57,373 nt of DNA from IMG/VR virus record IMGVR_UViG_3300027708_000084, positions 1 through 57,373 of that record; one strand, 5' to 3'. The notes beneath the pieces were generated by a model. That model had not been told where the DNA came from, did no database searches, and was given only the letters and a program-made list of their open reading frames with translations. Shown one piece after another: positions 8,765-17,805 of the stretch. Every line of letters starts with the position of its first letter. Position 1 is the first letter of the stretch. The position numbers and the translations under genes were made by a program. The DNA is from a virus (Duplodnaviria; Caudoviricetes).

Positions 8765-9033
8765 TATGTATTCTCCTCTGGTCCGTAGTTGTCAAAATCT
8801 ATTCGTGTTTCATTCCAGTCTATTAGACTAGTCCAGTCTAAATCAGCTACACTGGGTGCAGTAGTATTAATAGCACTCCAGTAACCTGCTGTAAATGCCT
8901 GACGCATCCAGTAGTCACGATCATCCTGTGTGGGATTATTATTCATGTTGGCAGTAAAAACTTGACTGCGATTGCTGTTTTCTAAAGGATAGTTTTCGTC
9001 ATAAAACCAAGCATTAAATTTACGATTTATCAT
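8764..9033 (-). CDS. hypothetical protein
   Basis: Coupled ORF. Confidence 0.65.
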   Translation of the reverse strand: MINRKFNAWFYDENYPLENSNRSQVFTANMNNNPTQDDRDYWMRQAFTAGYWSAINTTAPSVADLDWTSLIDWNETRIDFDNYGPEENT

Positions 9034-9224
9034 AACTTGGGTTCCTTTTGAACTGGAATTTCATGCACGGTTTTACCCTCAAGATCATAGATATTCCACT
9101 TAACTGTTTTCCAGTATTTGTGAAAAATGTTGTTTAGTGAAAGTATTAACAGTGCAAGTACAAACGCACCGCAACTAAATAAAATACTACAAACCAACCA
9201 ATTAACTCCTGCATCTAGTGTCAT
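9030..9224 (-). CDS. small membrane protein
   Basis: One transmembrane segment; ATGA overlap. Confidence 0.6.
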   Translation of the reverse strand: MTLDAGVNWLVCSILFSCGAFVLALLILSLNNIFHKYWKTVKWNIYDLEGKTVHEIPVQKEPKL

Positions 9225-9781
9225 GCTATTTCCTTTTCTTGATAATGTGTTTCACAAAGTGTACGAACCCAACCACCACTACGAGTTTCACCTGGGCTAC
9301 CGCATTGTTCACAAGTCACATCACTCATAGCTTCTGCTAGTGTAACCATGCCTGTTATGCGGTCATCACCGCCGTCATAGTAAAATCGTAGCGTGCCATA
9401 TTTTTCTTTGACTTGAGCGGCTACTACTTGTTGTACCAAGTCAGGTAGTTTACGAGGTTGATTGCGATCAATTTCAAATTCTACATTTTTAAGTGTTTGT
9501 TCGTCTACAACACCACCAAATGTATAATATTCAGTTAATTTAGTACGATCACCTGCTTGCGCTAGTGCTAGTGCATGGTTATAGTTTATAGCATTATTGT
9601 ACTTATGCTGACGCCAGTCAATGTAATGCTGAATTTGACTGCAAAGTTGATCTAGAATATTGTACCAACCATCTCCACAGTCAAAACCCCAGCACATTGC
9701 TGTGGTTGTCATGTCTGCGTAACGGTTTGCAAAAATTTTAGGATACTTGTCACAAAGTAGTTTGTCTAGTTCGGGTTTCAT
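9221..9781 (-). CDS. conserved phage protein with C-terminal Zn-ribbon
   Basis: QVKEKYGTLRFY...CEQCG...LC..H. Confidence 0.7.
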   Translation of the reverse strand: MKPELDKLLCDKYPKIFANRYADMTTTAMCWGFDCGDGWYNILDQLCSQIQHYIDWRQHKYNNAINYNHALALAQAGDRTKLTEYYTFGGVVDEQTLKNVEFEIDRNQPRKLPDLVQQVVAAQVKEKYGTLRFYYDGGDDRITGMVTLAEAMSDVTCEQCGSPGETRSGGWVRTLCETHYQEKEIA

Positions 9782-10392
9782 GTTGTTCCAGTTATAGAAT
9801 TTATACCTAAATTATTGTAGTATGTAAGTCTAGTATTAATAGTTTCCCAATTAATAATTTTCCACATATTTTTTAAATATTTAACTTTATCCCACTTGTA
9901 GTCAAGTGCCCAAGCGTGTTCCCATAAGTCAACTAAAAGAATAACATCATAGAAGGCTACTGGTAAATAGTGATTTTGAAAAATTCTAATATCACCTTCA
10001 CTATCTAAGAAAACCCACCCACTGCCTTCTAGCTGTAGTGCTGTATTTTCAAACTCTGTTTGAAATTCTTCAAAAGTTTTCCACCTTTTAACAATTACTT
10101 CAGCTGAAATACCAAAAGGTTTTGCATCCAAGTATGGCTCAACAAATAAGTCATTTTGAATATCTCCAGTAATATCTGGATTAGGAGTTGGAGGCTTAAA
10201 TTGTTCAAAAAACAAGTTATGTAGTGTAGCCCCAAATTTATTAAAATTTTCTCCACCTATACCATCATTATTTCTATTAACATAGCCTCTGGCAAGATTA
10301 TTATAGTGATAATCAAGTGTAGCAGAACTCATAACGGGTTCTAGTGCTTGAGTTTCATAAGGCAAAACTGTTAGTGTAATTTGATCTCTCAT
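9778..10392 (-). CDS. sod: Fe/Mn superoxide dismutase
   Basis: LPY...LEP, YH, HNLFF, GSGW and DLWEHAW motifs. Confidence 0.85.
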   Translation of the reverse strand: MRDQITLTVLPYETQALEPVMSSATLDYHYNNLARGYVNRNNDGIGGENFNKFGATLHNLFFEQFKPPTPNPDITGDIQNDLFVEPYLDAKPFGISAEVIVKRWKTFEEFQTEFENTALQLEGSGWVFLDSEGDIRIFQNHYLPVAFYDVILLVDLWEHAWALDYKWDKVKYLKNMWKIINWETINTRLTYYNNLGINSITGTT

Positions 10393-10568
10393 TGATAGCC
10401 TCCACTAGCCTGTGCCATTAAGTAGTTGTATATTTCATCAACAGGCAACAGTCTTGGTATAGCATTAAAGTATTCGTTATAGCTGTCCCACCACAGTTCA
10501 GCATTAGCTTTGCCCACAAAGGCAATAACCAGTGCTTCACATCTTTGTATTTTTTGTTCTGTATTCAT
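10389..10568 (-). CDS. 59-aa protein, weak resemblance to Xre/MbcA/ParS antitoxin C-terminal domain
   Basis: Manual translation; A.LWWDS.N..F...P..L; fills the gap and is coupled at both ends. Confidence 0.5.
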   Translation of the reverse strand: MNTEQKIQRCEALVIAFVGKANAELWWDSYNEYFNAIPRLLPVDEIYNYLMAQASGGYQ

Positions 10569-10750
10569 TATTCAACTCCAAAATGTTTCTTTAGTTGTTC
10601 GGTATCAGCATACCATCCATTGTCAATCATTTCTTCAATTTTACGAGCACATTCCTGCACAATCAACTCGGCGAGTTTTTGAGCACGTAGGGCAATCTCA
10701 GGAGCTGCATATCCTGCTTTAAGCATTAGTTCTCGAATTCGTTCGTTCAT
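10568..10750 (-). CDS. hypothetical protein (MNERIRELM family)
   Basis: Coupled ORF; paralogous to its neighbour. Confidence 0.65.
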   Translation of the reverse strand: MNERIRELMLKAGYAAPEIALRAQKLAELIVQECARKIEEMIDNGWYADTEQLKKHFGVE

Positions 10751-11085
10751 ATATCATTTCCAAAGTAAGTGCTACGATTCCGTAATTGTTCATTTACACT
10801 GGATTCTTCAACTCCGAAATTTTTTAAAATCAAATCTGTGGACTTGTATGGTTCAGCACGGTCGGCAATCGCCGCACATTCCCGCACAATCAACTCGGCA
10901 AGGATTTCATCATAGATACCACGTGTTTCGCTGCATTTACGGTCAGCCTCTGCCATTAGTTCTCGAATTCGTTCGTTCATTTTAGGTTTGAGTTTGGGTG
11001 CATACGGACCTTTGCTACACACATGAGCCGCATCAAAATCTGGATAAGTGTCCCCGCAATGTGGGCAAGTAATTTGTTCATTCAT
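10747..11085 (-). CDS. hypothetical protein, CxxC/H-C zinc motif plus MNERIRELM module
   Basis: CPHCG...HVC followed by the duplicated module. Confidence 0.65.
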   Translation of the reverse strand: MNEQITCPHCGDTYPDFDAAHVCSKGPYAPKLKPKMNERIRELMAEADRKCSETRGIYDEILAELIVRECAAIADRAEPYKSTDLILKNFGVEESSVNEQLRNRSTYFGNDI

Positions 11086-11327
11086 ACTATTTCCTTTGAT
11101 TTAATTTTCATGCCAACCCAAGTTCCACAAAATGCACCCATCATGGCAGGAATCAGCAACCAGTGGTTGGTAGTATAGCTGATAACAGCAAGACTGCCCA
11201 GCAAGTAACAAGGCATTGCCCAAAAACTAGCACCTAGTGCTTCACCATTACCTACACAACGTAGATAATAAGTGTACACTACATCAAGTGCAAACACAGC
11301 GCAAAAAGTTACAATAAAGTCAATCAT
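11082..11327 (-). CDS. small membrane protein (3 TM)
   Basis: Hydrophobic segments; GAFCGTWVG. Confidence 0.65.
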   Translation of the reverse strand: MIDFIVTFCAVFALDVVYTYYLRCVGNGEALGASFWAMPCYLLGSLAVISYTTNHWLLIPAMMGAFCGTWVGMKIKSKEIV

Positions 11328-11533
11328 TAGTATGCTCCTTCATGATTATCAATAGCAGTAGACATATAAGGTTTATAACTTTCAACAACTTTTAACACAT
11401 CTGCTTCAGTTCCGTGCTTTTCAGCACTACGAAGTGCCCGATACAAGTCATGAATCAAGCCATGATACTCTAGGGCATTAAGATAAATTCGCGCTTCGTC
11501 ATTAGTTTCACAATTAATGGTAAGTGTAATCAT
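11327..11533 (-). CDS. hypothetical protein
   Basis: Coupled ORF. Confidence 0.6.
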   Translation of the reverse strand: MITLTINCETNDEARIYLNALEYHGLIHDLYRALRSAEKHGTEADVLKVVESYKPYMSTAIDNHEGAY

Positions 11534-11535
11534 AA

Positions 11536-11733
11536 TTAAGTCCTCGCATACTTGTTGAGTTGTTTAAGCATATTAAGATCGGTAACAGGCTGATAGTTAC
11601 TTTTAGCCATAGGCACAATACAATGTTTATATGCTCTGGCACGAAGCTCACCACAGTCTAAGCAAAAGTGAAAGCCTAATGCCCAGCGTGCTGGCGCTAC
11701 TACCTGTCCACAACTGACGCAATGTTTTTTCAT
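11536..11733 (-). CDS. DksA/TraR-like C4 zinc-finger protein
   Basis: CVSCG.V...R...G...CLDC; GGAG SD; own promoter. Confidence 0.6.
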   Translation of the reverse strand: MKKHCVSCGQVVAPARWALGFHFCLDCGELRARAYKHCIVPMAKSNYQPVTDLNMLKQLNKYART

Positions 11734-11754
11734 AATTTTCTCCGTTAAAGAAAT

Positions 11755-11783
11755 ATTATATAACAAAACTATTGCAAAATCAA
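11755..11783 (-). promoter_or_regulatory. sigma70-like promoter
   Basis: Reverse complement TTGATT-N17-TATAAT. Confidence 0.65.
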
Positions 11784-11786
11784 GTG

Positions 11787-12122
11787 TCAATCATCAGACT
11801 TTGTTTTCTTTATCTTGTCAGTTAGTATAGTTAGACTACGTTGATAAGCACCTACAAGTGCTTTTTGACCTACTAGCCATTCTGGTTTAAGCATTAATAT
11901 ATCTATTTCGTCTTCACTTACTAAAATAGGTTTAAGTGTATTATCAAACCAGCGTATTTTAAAACACTCTACTTTAATAAGTCTAGACCCTAAACTGGAG
12001 CCAGGGGGCGGTTTTAATTCTATACCAATAACACCGTTTCGTTCAGCACTTTCTATTATTTCAAGTGGTAAATCGAGCACAGTTATTGGTTCAAAATCTT
12101 TTGTGTAAATAATAATATTCAT
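11787..12122 (-). CDS. hypothetical protein
   Basis: 111-aa ORF. Confidence 0.65.
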   Translation of the reverse strand: MNIIIYTKDFEPITVLDLPLEIIESAERNGVIGIELKPPPGSSLGSRLIKVECFKIRWFDNTLKPILVSEDEIDILMLKPEWLVGQKALVGAYQRSLTILTDKIKKTKSDD

Positions 12123-12249
12123 AATTTTGATGGGTATAAACTAGCAGAAATTTTTCTATGTGGTTATTCTACCACACAACAAAAAAGCCAGCAAGCACAA
12201 ATTCTGTGGACCTGCTGGCTTTGACTATAGCTGACTTTTGCCGTTGGAA

Positions 12250-12477
12250 TCAATTTATATGCACACACTCACCAGGAGTACAAATTGTACATACTGGATT
12301 AAAATTTTGCATTTTTTTATTGCTTACCGACCATCTACCATCGCCTAAATCTTCCCAATATAGGGTATCCCCCGCTACCCAGCCTAATTCTGTGAGTATT
12401 TCAGGGGCAATATCAAAATATAGTCCACTGTCATCTTCTTTGACCACTACCAGTTGTTTAAATTCTTTTGTTACCAT
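12250..12477 (-). CDS. AbrB/MazE-like DNA-binding protein
   Basis: G...I.PEIL.ELGW..GD.L.W pattern. Confidence 0.55.
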   Translation of the reverse strand: MVTKEFKQLVVVKEDDSGLYFDIAPEILTELGWVAGDTLYWEDLGDGRWSVSNKKMQNFNPVCTICTPGECVHIN

Positions 12478-13394
12478 GATGCCTCCCCAGGTATTGTTTT
12501 ACGAAATTGAACCCATCCACGCAAATTGCCTGACCATAGGTCACCGTTGGCATTAACGTGCGTAACTCCAGCTTGCCAAGTTTCAGGATCAAAGCAGTCC
12601 ATTAGCTCCAAGCTCATTGGCGTAGCCTGATGTTCAACTGGACTAGCATGGCAAGGCTCAGATTCAATTAGTTGAGCAAATATCTTTTTGGCTTTTTCAA
12701 CTGAGTAATCACTACGGCGATAGCTAACTTGTGCACAGCAGCTTGCACTTACTACTCTGGCTTCTAGGGCAGTTAGTGTTTCACCAGTTTGATCAAAATA
12801 CTCAAGCCTATCGCGACTATTTCGCTTAGTGGTTATATAGGGCAAATGCCACTCACCTGGGTGCAACAGTTGTGGCACACTGTTAATGTAGGTTTCTTTC
12901 ATTTTGCTTGCCAGCAACTGTATTTCAGGTTGTGCATCTGGATGTGCACGCAAGTAGAAAAAGTTATTCCACTCAGTTCCTGATATAACAGTTTTCATTG
13001 TCATCCAAGGTTCTGTAATACGATTAACTATCTGTTTGTGTACATCTAGTTCTGCAAGTTGCTGAGAGTAGTCTATGGCAGTATCCATAGCTTGTTCCCA
13101 GATTAACATAGCTTCCACAGTATCTGTAGCATCAATCTGTTCTCGGGCTTTCATGCCTGATTGATTTTTGCCCCAACTTACTGGTTGTGCAGGATTTTGT
13201 CTGATATGAGTGTGCATTGTTTGCACAGGAATAGCACGACTACTTGCACTATTTTTACTTAACATTCTGTGAGTGTTAAGTTCTGCTAAAATAAATCTTG
13301 GATACTCTATTTCCATAGTAACCATTCGATTGCCTGACATATTTACGGAATCAGCAATAATTTTAGCTGTAATCAATTCTTCTGGTGTTTTCAT
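12471..13394 (-). CDS. thyX: flavin-dependent thymidylate synthase
   Basis: ELNTHRMLSKNSASSRAIP ThyX-type motif; HASPVEHQA. Confidence 0.85.
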   Translation of the reverse strand: MKTPEELITAKIIADSVNMSGNRMVTMEIEYPRFILAELNTHRMLSKNSASSRAIPVQTMHTHIRQNPAQPVSWGKNQSGMKAREQIDATDTVEAMLIWEQAMDTAIDYSQQLAELDVHKQIVNRITEPWMTMKTVISGTEWNNFFYLRAHPDAQPEIQLLASKMKETYINSVPQLLHPGEWHLPYITTKRNSRDRLEYFDQTGETLTALEARVVSASCCAQVSYRRSDYSVEKAKKIFAQLIESEPCHASPVEHQATPMSLELMDCFDPETWQAGVTHVNANGDLWSGNLRGWVQFRKTIPGEASW

Positions 13395-13591
13395 GCTACC
13401 CTAACTATAGTGGTTGTTAAATCAAGCCATACTCCTAGGCGGTCGGCTATGAGTACATCAATATCACGAACACTTGTGTATCTGTGAGATTCAGCATCAA
13501 TAAAGTCTTTGCCCATAAACCAGTCGTTTACGGCTGCAGATTTAGTTGCATACTGTCTGCCGTATGCTGGCAACAAGATTCTGCGTTTCAT
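13391..13591 (-). CDS. hypothetical protein
   Basis: ATG after AAAGGA; PAYGR.Y motif; own promoter at 13616-13644. Confidence 0.6.
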   Translation of the reverse strand: MKRRILLPAYGRQYATKSAAVNDWFMGKDFIDAESHRYTSVRDIDVLIADRLGVWLDLTTTIVRVA

Positions 13592-13640
13592 AGTTATCCT
13601 TTGTGTTAAAATAATATTATACAATATTTTGAGTGTTTGT

Positions 13641-14114
13641 TCAAGTGTAAAATAAGTGATTGCCAATCGCAGCAACTTTAGTTTTGGTTTTAGCCCAACT
13701 GGGTTTTACAGTGCGATTGTGAAAGTATTTTGCATTAAAGTTGGGCAGTCTTAGTTCACCACCAAGTACTGCACGCGCAATAATTAAAGAATTTTTCCAT
13801 TGCGTATAGTTTTTGTTACCGTTGGTATAGTCTTGGGTCCAAGAAAATTGACCTTTACTGTAGATTATACCACAAATTGTATTTTCAAATTTCCTACTGT
13901 GCAACCTATTAACAACCACTTGTGCAACTGCAATTTGCCCATGCCAAGGTTCTCCACGAGATTCCATGTAGATATTTAGTGCCAAGCACTCTACGTCGCT
14001 TTTGTTGAATTTTGTGTCTTTGATGGCGGGTGGGCGTCCTGCATTAGAAACATTGAATGTAAAAAACAGTCCTAGGGCTAGCAGTGACAGTTTAAGTTTG
14101 GTTATATGGTACAT
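13641..14114 (-). CDS. cell wall hydrolase, SleB/Hydrolase_2 family
   Basis: CLA.NIY.ESRGE...GQ.AVA.VV.NR, QFSW, IGNH.FY; signal peptide. Confidence 0.85.
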   Translation of the reverse strand: MYHITKLKLSLLALGLFFTFNVSNAGRPPAIKDTKFNKSDVECLALNIYMESRGEPWHGQIAVAQVVVNRLHSRKFENTICGIIYSKGQFSWTQDYTNGNKNYTQWKNSLIIARAVLGGELRLPNFNAKYFHNRTVKPSWAKTKTKVAAIGNHLFYT

Positions 14115-14307
14115 TGAGCTGCCTTTGTAGGTTACCAATAACAACATTGTTTTGTTCTAACTGTTGGCATAATGCAATTAAACTTCTAGCTGCTTGTAGG
14201 TTTAGGGCAGTAGGTGGAGTATTAACTTGATATTCTTGACCTTCTGCATTTGTGGCTGTGTAGCTATCTCCATGCTGCAATCGTTGAAGTAGTATGTTAA
14301 GATCCAT
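14092..14307 (-). CDS. hypothetical protein
   Basis: ORF downstream of a leftward promoter. Confidence 0.55.
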   Translation of the reverse strand: MDLNILLQRLQHGDSYTATNAEGQEYQVNTPPTALNLQAARSLIALCQQLEQNNVVIGNLQRQLNVPYNQT

Positions 14308-14339
14308 GATTTATTTAGTGTATAGTTAAATGAACACAA

Positions 14340-14443
14340 ATTATAAACCATTGTTGTTGACTTGTCAAGTGAAAAATTTTTACATCAAATTTACTGGTAT
14401 AAAAAATTTCAATATTGACTAGGCCAAGGTAAAATGATATAAT
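14340..14443. promoter_or_regulatory. divergent sigma70-like promoters
   Basis: Leftward TTGACA-N17-TATAAT (14340-14368); rightward TTGACT-N17-TATAAT (14415-14443). Confidence 0.7.
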
Positions 14444-14473
14444 TGTGATTCATAAAATTTTAGGGCACAAACA

Positions 14474-14662
14474 ATGACATTTAGTGAATTTATAAACAAA
14501 TGCTCTTATAGTGATTATATTAACTACTGCAACAAACATAGTTTACAGCCTATTTTTGATATGCGATTGGAAGTGCCTAAAAAATTATGTTGGTTAGTAG
14601 AACCCAAAGAACAAACAACTATAAATCAAAACAAAAGAAAACACAATGAACACATTAATTAA
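14474..14662 (+). CDS. hypothetical protein
   Basis: First ORF after the promoter. Confidence 0.5.
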   Translation: MTFSEFINKCSYSDYINYCNKHSLQPIFDMRLEVPKKLCWLVEPKEQTTINQNKRKHNEHIN

Positions 14663-15095
14663 AGATATACAACAGTTCATGGAACACAAAACAATGTTTG
14701 GTGATATTCCAGCAGAAATTAAACCTACAGGCACAGCACTAAAATTTGATCAAGATAAATTGCCACTGCACTTGTTAAGCACAGAAGCAATGAATCAAAC
14801 AGCTGCAGTTCTTGCCTTTGGCGCACAAAAATATTCTGAACACAACTGGCGCAATGGTTTTACATGGAGCCGACCCTTAGCTGCAGCAATGCGGCATATT
14901 ACAGCTTTTAACGATGGTGAAGACCGTGACCCTGAATCAGGACTGTCTCACTTAGCTCATGCAGCTTGCTGCATTATGTTTCTTTTAGAGTTTGAAAAAA
15001 CTCACCCTGAATTAGATGACCGATATAAACCAACCTTACCTGCTCTTAGCAAAACACCTGAATCGTTCGAGAAAAATCCTTACACAGGTCTGTGA
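14646..15095 (+). CDS. dATP/dGTP diphosphohydrolase-like (DUF5664 family)
   Basis: KFD..K..L.LL...V..FGA.KY...NWR.G...A.RH......D.ESGL.HLAHA. Confidence 0.8.
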   Translation: MNTLIKDIQQFMEHKTMFGDIPAEIKPTGTALKFDQDKLPLHLLSTEAMNQTAAVLAFGAQKYSEHNWRNGFTWSRPLAAAMRHITAFNDGEDRDPESGLSHLAHAACCIMFLLEFEKTHPELDDRYKPTLPALSKTPESFEKNPYTGL

Positions 15096-15249
15096 AGAAT
15101 TAGACATTGACCCACTAGATATTGATGACGAAGTACTAGAACAACATATTCAAGAGTGTTGTAATTGCGGCATCTGGGGTACAAATCACAAACGAGACCT
15201 AGACGATTTTCCAATCTGTGATCTTTGTTTTAGACTAACAGGTGCATAA
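15016..15249 (+). CDS. Zn-ribbon protein
   Basis: CCNCG...CDLC. Confidence 0.55.
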   Translation: MTDINQPYLLLAKHLNRSRKILTQVCEELDIDPLDIDDEVLEQHIQECCNCGIWGTNHKRDLDDFPICDLCFRLTGA

Positions 15250-15257
15250 AATTAATC

Positions 15258-15286
15258 TTGATTTACAAAGTTTTTTTGATTATAAT
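15258..15286 (+). promoter_or_regulatory. sigma70-like promoter
   Basis: TTGATT-N17-TATAAT. Confidence 0.65.
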
Positions 15287-15317
15287 ATATGGTTAAACTT
15301 ATTATAAAAGGCTAAAA

Positions 15318-16322
15318 ATGTTTGACCAAAATGTACATCGTGTGGGATTTGCTTGTAAAATACAAACAAGCCATGATAAAGCTGATCCAAAATTAAATAC
15401 TAAATCAACTACTATTAGTTACTTAGCACGTCAAACACAAGCTAATGCCTATGGCAAATTGTGGGACTTGCTAGAACACAACATGACTACAATTCAAGCT
15501 CAACTTGTGTACCTAAGTAAACTTCCAAATAATCAACGTATGTTTAGGCTTACATCAGATGTATTGCCTGCGTACACGCATGAAGACTGGATGCCTTTTT
15601 ACTTTCAAGCAGACGTTGTTGCCTACTTAGAAAAACATTTAAGTAAGATTGGTGAATATGCGCGTGCAAACGATATTAGACTATCATTTCACCCAGGTCA
15701 ATACTGTGTGCTTGCATCAGAAAATCCTGGGGTAATTGAAAATTCAATCACAGAGTTTGAGTATCATGCTGACCTTATTCGCTACATGGGATATGGTCGT
15801 ACATTTCAAGACTTTAAGTGCAATGTACACGTAGGTGGTAAACTAGGTCCACAAGGTATTGTTGCAGCACTCAAGCGATTGAGTCCTGAAGCACGTAATA
15901 CTTTAACTATTGAAAATGCTGAGTTTACATGGGGCATTGATGCCAGTCTAGAGCTAGTAGAACACTGTGCCTTAGTACTTGACATTCACCATCACTGGAT
16001 TCACTCAGGTGAGTATATTCAACCAACTGATAGTCGTTTTAAACGTGTGTGTGACTCATGGCGTGGTGTTCGTCCTGTGATACACCTATCAACTAGCCGT
16101 GAAGATGTAATTGTAGATCATGACCCTAGTGTTCGACCAGATCTAGCACAACTAAAAGCCATGGGTTTTACAAGTGCTAAACTTCGTGCACACAGCGACT
16201 ACTGCTGGAATCAAGCAGTAAATAATTGGGCCTTGACATTTAGTACATATGCTGATATAATGGTTGAAGCAAAACAAAAAAATCTTGCAAGCAAACAATT
16301 GTTAGAACAAAATGTCCAATAA
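15318..16322 (+). CDS. uvsE: UV damage endonuclease
   Basis: RLSFHPGQY..LAS, LTIEN, LDIHHH, H.S, AHSDY, DIMVEAK.K motifs. Confidence 0.9.
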   Translation: MFDQNVHRVGFACKIQTSHDKADPKLNTKSTTISYLARQTQANAYGKLWDLLEHNMTTIQAQLVYLSKLPNNQRMFRLTSDVLPAYTHEDWMPFYFQADVVAYLEKHLSKIGEYARANDIRLSFHPGQYCVLASENPGVIENSITEFEYHADLIRYMGYGRTFQDFKCNVHVGGKLGPQGIVAALKRLSPEARNTLTIENAEFTWGIDASLELVEHCALVLDIHHHWIHSGEYIQPTDSRFKRVCDSWRGVRPVIHLSTSREDVIVDHDPSVRPDLAQLKAMGFTSAKLRAHSDYCWNQAVNNWALTFSTYADIMVEAKQKNLASKQLLEQNVQ

Positions 16323-16503
16323 AATTTTATTAAACAGACAGCAAGCAGAAAAATTTATAGAAGTTTATAAATTTTTCAAAGACACAGAAGCGTTTTACTT
16401 AGATGTAAAAGACGATGGAGAAGTAATGGTAACTTTTAGTTTAGCTGATAGCAACACTAACAAGTTAAACTTTAAACCTGCAGAATATGGGCGTGTGGTG
16501 TAA
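16312..16503 (+). CDS. hypothetical protein
   Basis: ORF whose stop lies inside tRNA-Leu. Confidence 0.55.
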   Translation: MSNKILLNRQQAEKFIEVYKFFKDTEAFYLDVKDDGEVMVTFSLADSNTNKLNFKPAEYGRVV

Positions 16504-16571
16504 TTGGTAGCCACGCTGGTCTTAGAAGCCAGTGCGTAAGCGTGTCAGTTCGAGTCTGACCATGCCCACCA
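16489..16571 (+). tRNA. tRNA-Leu(UAG)
   Basis: Loop CTTAGAA; long variable arm; CCA. Confidence 0.9.
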
Positions 16572-16596
16572 AATTTTAATTTAAAGGAGTAAGCCA

Positions 16597-16800
16597 ATGG
16601 CTACAAATCCGCAACAAGTAACACTAGTTCCTCAGCCTGAGCAGTTTATAAATGACGAGACTCAAGGTGAGGTTATTAATCCACAAACAGGCATTGATGT
16701 AAGCGATGTATATCCAGGTAGCTTTGAACAAATGCCACTACAACAACGATATACTGGTAACGCTACATTTGAAGGCGACATGGGAAGATTGAGTCGTTAA
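16597..16800 (+). CDS. hypothetical Gln-rich protein
   Basis: Strong AAGGAG SD. Confidence 0.65.
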   Translation: MATNPQQVTLVPQPEQFINDETQGEVINPQTGIDVSDVYPGSFEQMPLQQRYTGNATFEGDMGRLSR

Positions 16801-16801
16801 T

Positions 16802-17119
16802 ATGCCTTGTATAAAATGTTCTAATGGTAAATACAAATATGGTGCACATGGTAACTGTGTTTTTGATACCTTAGAAGCCTGTCACGCAGCTGCTGCTGCA
16901 ATTCATATAGAGGATAAAATGGATAATAAAATGCCCAAAAAACCAAAACCAATGGCAATTGCCAAACCCAGTGGTCCGCACCTACCTGGACCTAGTCAAG
17001 TGGGTGATTCACCTGTTGGTATGCCTGTGCCTTATAAACCCACACAAACAGAAGGGTATCACGATCCTAGCTGTATGTGTGCTAGTTGTCAAATGGCATA
17101 CCCAATGGGAAGAATGTAA
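16802..17119 (+). CDS. Cys/His/Pro-rich hypothetical protein
   Basis: MPCIKC...C...C and HDPSCMCASC. Confidence 0.6.
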   Translation: MPCIKCSNGKYKYGAHGNCVFDTLEACHAAAAAIHIEDKMDNKMPKKPKPMAIAKPSGPHLPGPSQVGDSPVGMPVPYKPTQTEGYHDPSCMCASCQMAYPMGRM

Positions 17120-17124
17120 TTTTT

Positions 17125-17212
17125 AACTAAAGTAAATATACTTTAGTTTTTTGAGCCCATAGCCGAAAGGTATGGGCATTTATTTGTTTCTCGCTTAATA
17201 GGAGATAATATG
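17125..17212 (+). promoter_or_regulatory. ROSE-like RNA thermometer
   Basis: UCGCU (17191-17195) pairs with the AGGAG SD leaving a bulged G; two upstream hairpins. Confidence 0.6.
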
Positions 17213-17644
17213 AGAAATTTAGAAAACCTTTTTGGTTTTACTGGAGTTGATAAACACTTTGTAGGTTTTGATACTATTGCTGATCGTTTTGCTAAAATCA
17301 ATGCCGAACTTGCAAAAAATACCAGTTACCCACCCTATAATATTTGTAAGACGGGTGATACTAGTTATTTGATTGAAATGGCTGTTGCTGGTTTTAGTAA
17401 AAGTGAAATTGATATTGAAATTACTGAAGGTAAACTAGTTATCAAAGGTAACATAGATAGTGAAAAGTATTCTGAAAAAGAATACCTATTCAAGGGATTA
17501 GCTAACAGATCATTTACTAGAACTTTTGTACTAGAAGATGAAATTGAAATTAAAGGCGCAACTTTAGTAGATGGTATTCTTTCAATTGAATTAGAAAGAA
17601 TTGTTCCAGATACAAAGAAACCAACAAAAATTACTGTAAAGTAA
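17210..17644 (+). CDS. small heat shock protein Hsp20 (IbpA-like)
   Basis: YPPYNI, IE.AVAGF, R.F.R.F.L, DGIL.I.L. Confidence 0.92.
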   Translation: MRNLENLFGFTGVDKHFVGFDTIADRFAKINAELAKNTSYPPYNICKTGDTSYLIEMAVAGFSKSEIDIEITEGKLVIKGNIDSEKYSEKEYLFKGLANRSFTRTFVLEDEIEIKGATLVDGILSIELERIVPDTKKPTKITVK

Positions 17645-17716
17645 TATAAGGTAAAAGTGGCTTAAATTTATTTAAGCCACCATACATAATAAAATTAATT
17701 TAGTTTTATTATCTAT

Positions 17717-17800
17717 GCGAGGGTGGTGGAATGGTATACACAGCAGATTTAAAATCTGCCGCCGTAAGGCGTACGGGTTCGAGTCCCGTCTCTCGTACCA
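17717..17800 (+). tRNA. tRNA-Leu(UAA)
   Basis: Loop TTTAAAA; long variable arm; CCA. Confidence 0.9.
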
Positions 17801-17805
17801 AATGT

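Noticed and set aside
14646-15095. Evidence for a Z-genome (2-aminoadenine)
   Set aside because: No purZ is seen, and this domain alone is not diagnostic
16489-17800. Suppressor tRNAs or stop-codon recoding
   Set aside because: TAG and TAA here are Leu anticodons (reading CUA and UUA); core genes are intact in the standard code
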